DNA from: Elsinoe ampelina | Lineage: Eukaryota | DNA: 33,549 nucleotides | Assembly (NCBI GenBank): GCA_010093995.1 | Contig: ML992549.1 | Coordinates: 1 to 33,549 of the forward strand | Direction of reading: 5' to 3' | In this document: positions 31,037 to 33,549 of the stretch, piece by piece | Layout: every line of letters starts with the position of its first letter | How positions within the stretch are numbered: position 1 is the stretch's first letter | The notes under the pieces: generated by a model | Database searches by the model: none | Seen by the model: only the letters and a program-made list of their open reading frames with translations | Told to the model about the DNA's origin: nothing | Position numbers and translations under genes: made by a program

Positions 31037-32864
31037 ATGGCTGCCGCTGCGGTCGTCATACCGCCATCGGATCCGACGGAGCGTCGCTACAGAGGATGCG
31101 CAAAGATTGGAGAATATGAGATCACTGGAAAGCTTGGTGAAGGCACATTTGGAGTCGTTTCGAAAGGCGTCTCGAAGAAGTCTGGAGCTATCGTCGCGTT
31201 AAAGAAGATCTTGATGCACAATGAGAAGGATGGCTTTCCGATCACAGCGCTTCGAGAAATCAAACTTCTGAAGATGCTGAGCCATCCAAACGTGGTGCGA
31301 CTGGACGAAATGGCAGTCGAGCGCAAGAAGGGGGACTTGAAAAAGAGGGCAACCATGTACATGGTCACACCATATATGGACCACGATCTCTCAGGAATGA
31401 CGACAAATCCCGACATCCAATTCACAGTATCTCAGATCAAGTGCTACATGCTGCAATTGCTAGAAGGACTGCGCTATCTCCACGACGTGAGTGTTTGCTA
31501 CGAGTGTCCCGAGCACAAACTGACAGCTGCAGTCTCACATCCTCCACCGCGACATGAAGGCTGCGAACATTCTCATATCGAATCGAGGTCAGCTTCAAAT
31601 TGCCGATTTCGGTCTCGCTCGACACTACGAAGGACCATGCCCTCGCCCAGGACATGGCAATGGCGATGCTGTGAGAGACTACACTACCTTGGTGGTTACT
31701 CGCTGGTACAGGCCTCCAGAGCTACTTCTCCAACTCCGTCGCTATACACCTGCGATTGATATGTGGGGCGCTGGCTGCGTCTTTGCCGAACTATTTGAGC
31801 GACGGCCAATCCTGGAGGGCAAGACCGACCTCAACCAAGCAGAAATCATCTTCGAACTTGTCGGTTCACCCAACGACGAGAATATGCCAGGCTGGGCTGC
31901 GCTCCCTGGCTGCGAAGGCGTTCGACAATGGGCGCCTAAGCGCGGCAACATTGCATCACGTTTCCGTAATCGTCTTGGCGACGACGGTCTCGATCTTCTT
32001 CAGAATCTCCTCATGCTCGACTGGCGCAAGCGTATCAATGCCTATGATGCCCTCAAACACCGTTACTTTACCTCCCATCCACTTCCCGCCCGACCAGAAG
32101 ACCTCCCACAATTCGAAGACTCTCATGAGCTTGACAGACGGAAACATCACGAGAAGCGAGCCGCCCTTCCTCCTGCTCCAGCTGGTGGCACAGTCGGCAT
32201 GGGCCCCGACGAAGCGTGGGGACCACCGGGTGCGAACGGCGATTATGGTCCATACTATGGAGATCGCCGTGCTCCTCCTCGGGATGGGCGAAATGACCGA
32301 GGTCCTCCTCCACCACGCCGCTACGATGATCGCCGAGACGAGCGCCGCGCCCCAGCATGGGCCCGACCGGACCGCGAGCGACCATTACCTCCATACGCAA
32401 ACGGACGCAACGGCAGTGCTGAACCAGACCGACGTCCACCTCCGGCAGCTGCCAGAGGAGGGCCCATCATCGACACATACGTCCCCGCATACCGTGACAG
32501 AGACGGGCCACCACCACGTAGAGACGACTACCGCGACCGCGACGGGCCCCCACCCAGACGAGACGACCGCGACATCCGCCGCACCCGAAGCCGAAGCCCT
32601 GTCAGCGACCGCGGCCGCGTCCCTCCACCACGAGACCGCGACCTACCACCGCGCCGAGACGACCGAGACCTCCCTCCGCGAAGAGACGATCCCTTACCCA
32701 GACGAGACGACAGACGGGACGACAGAAGGGACGTGAGAGACGACAGGCGCGACGTGCGAGACGGTAGAGACGATCGGAGGGACGATCGTCGAGATGACAG
32801 GGATGAACGCCAACGGACGCGTGAGAGGCTGCAGGATCGCGAGAGGGAGATGTACAGACGGTAG
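31037..32864 (+). CDS. BUR1: CDK9-family kinase Bur1/Sgv1; exons 31037-31486, 31533-32864; 593 aa
   Basis: [60 protein letters not shown]. 46-nt intron. Confidence 0.95.
32490..32864 (+). repeat. Coding repeats giving an Arg/Asp mixed-charge tail of Bur1
   Basis: [13 protein letters not shown] x2, RDLPPRRDD x2, and (DD/DV)RR runs. Confidence 0.8.
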
Positions 32865-33375
32865 GACGTGTTTCAAGCTCATCTCCGCGCTGCCGGGGTC
32901 GGGGATGGCACGGGGAACGGGGAAGGGAGGAGTAAGAGGCAGTAGGGCCCAGGGACCAGTGATGATAGTGGGGTGTGATGCCACTTTTTTCTACATTTTG
33001 AGAAGGCTTCTTCGGGCACGGGGGTGCAGGGAGTGGAGACGGTGGCGCTTGACGAAGGTGGTGGGGCAGGGGTTCGGGCCGGGTCCAGGGAGGCAAGGCA
33101 TGGTTTATCGGTAGGCTGTATATACCCTCCGGAGCGCGAGCGAATGTCACGGCTGATTTATGCGGTTACTCATCTATCTGTCGTGAGAAGACGGACCCGT
33201 ATGTATGATAGAGTAGGTATTGTGAAAGGATAATTCATTGGTTTAACGATCGTGAGGTCCCGCAAAGGGAGTATGTACAGTTTATTAACGTCTACATCCA
33301 CCCTGGAGAAGAGAAAGAGTTTTGTCCTGGAAATGTATATTCACAATCTACTGAGATCCAAAATCAGCTCTGGAT

Positions 33376-33549
33376 TTATGCGGACGTGGTAGCTGGAGCG
33401 TCGCTGGTGGTTGTGGTGGGGTCAGCGGTTGTTGAAGTGGTGGTCGGTGCATCAGTGGTGGAGGACGAGGAGTCGGAGGTGGTGGTCGTTGGTTCGGCAG
33501 TGGTGGTGGTGGTAGGCTCAGCGGTAGTAGTGGTAGGCTCAGCGGTAGT
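33376..33549 (-). CDS. 3' end of a Thr/Ser-rich mucin-like protein, truncated by the window edge
   Basis: Open frame TTAEPTTTTAEPTTTTTAEPTTTTSDSSSSTTDAPTTTSTTADPTTTTSDAPATTSA*, with variation at third codon positions. Missed by the ORF track because no start lies in the window. Confidence 0.8.
   Translation of the reverse strand, partial: TTAEPTTTTAEPTTTTTAEPTTTTSDSSSSTTDAPTTTSTTADPTTTTSDAPATTSA

Overview
Gene-dense, intron-containing DNA from a filamentous ascomycete (Pezizomycotina; Dothideomycete-like is my inference from 46-56-nt GT-AG introns with CTRAC branch points and from protein style). Most of the window is a housekeeping block: SNT1-like SANT protein (-), deoxyhypusine synthase DYS1 (+), TRM6/GCD10 (-), RFC3 (+), MIPC synthase SUR1 (+), Sut1-like alpha-glucoside/sucrose transporter (-), NHX1 (+), Cut12-domain protein (-), BUR1 kinase (+), and the Thr-rich 3' end of a gene running off the right edge (-). 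Interspersed are an orphan ORF, two small tandem spliced Lys-rich/acidic putative nuclear proteins that the ORF track only shows in fragments, and a degenerate Rossmann-fold protein. I rebuilt exon structures by hand and all spliced lengths are multiples of 3. The clearest non-genic discovery is a 377-bp non-autonomous Mutator-type element (43-bp TIRs, perfect 9-bp TSD) in the sut1/NHX1 divergent promoter. Other notable signals are a recurrent C-rich-to-G-rich skew switch near gene 3' ends, an 869-nt AUG-free SNT1 leader ending in a minimal uORF that overlaps the start codon, and three 46-nt introns with identical geometry. I found no rRNA, tRNA or CRISPR, and cannot establish a new multi-gene system from sequence alone.
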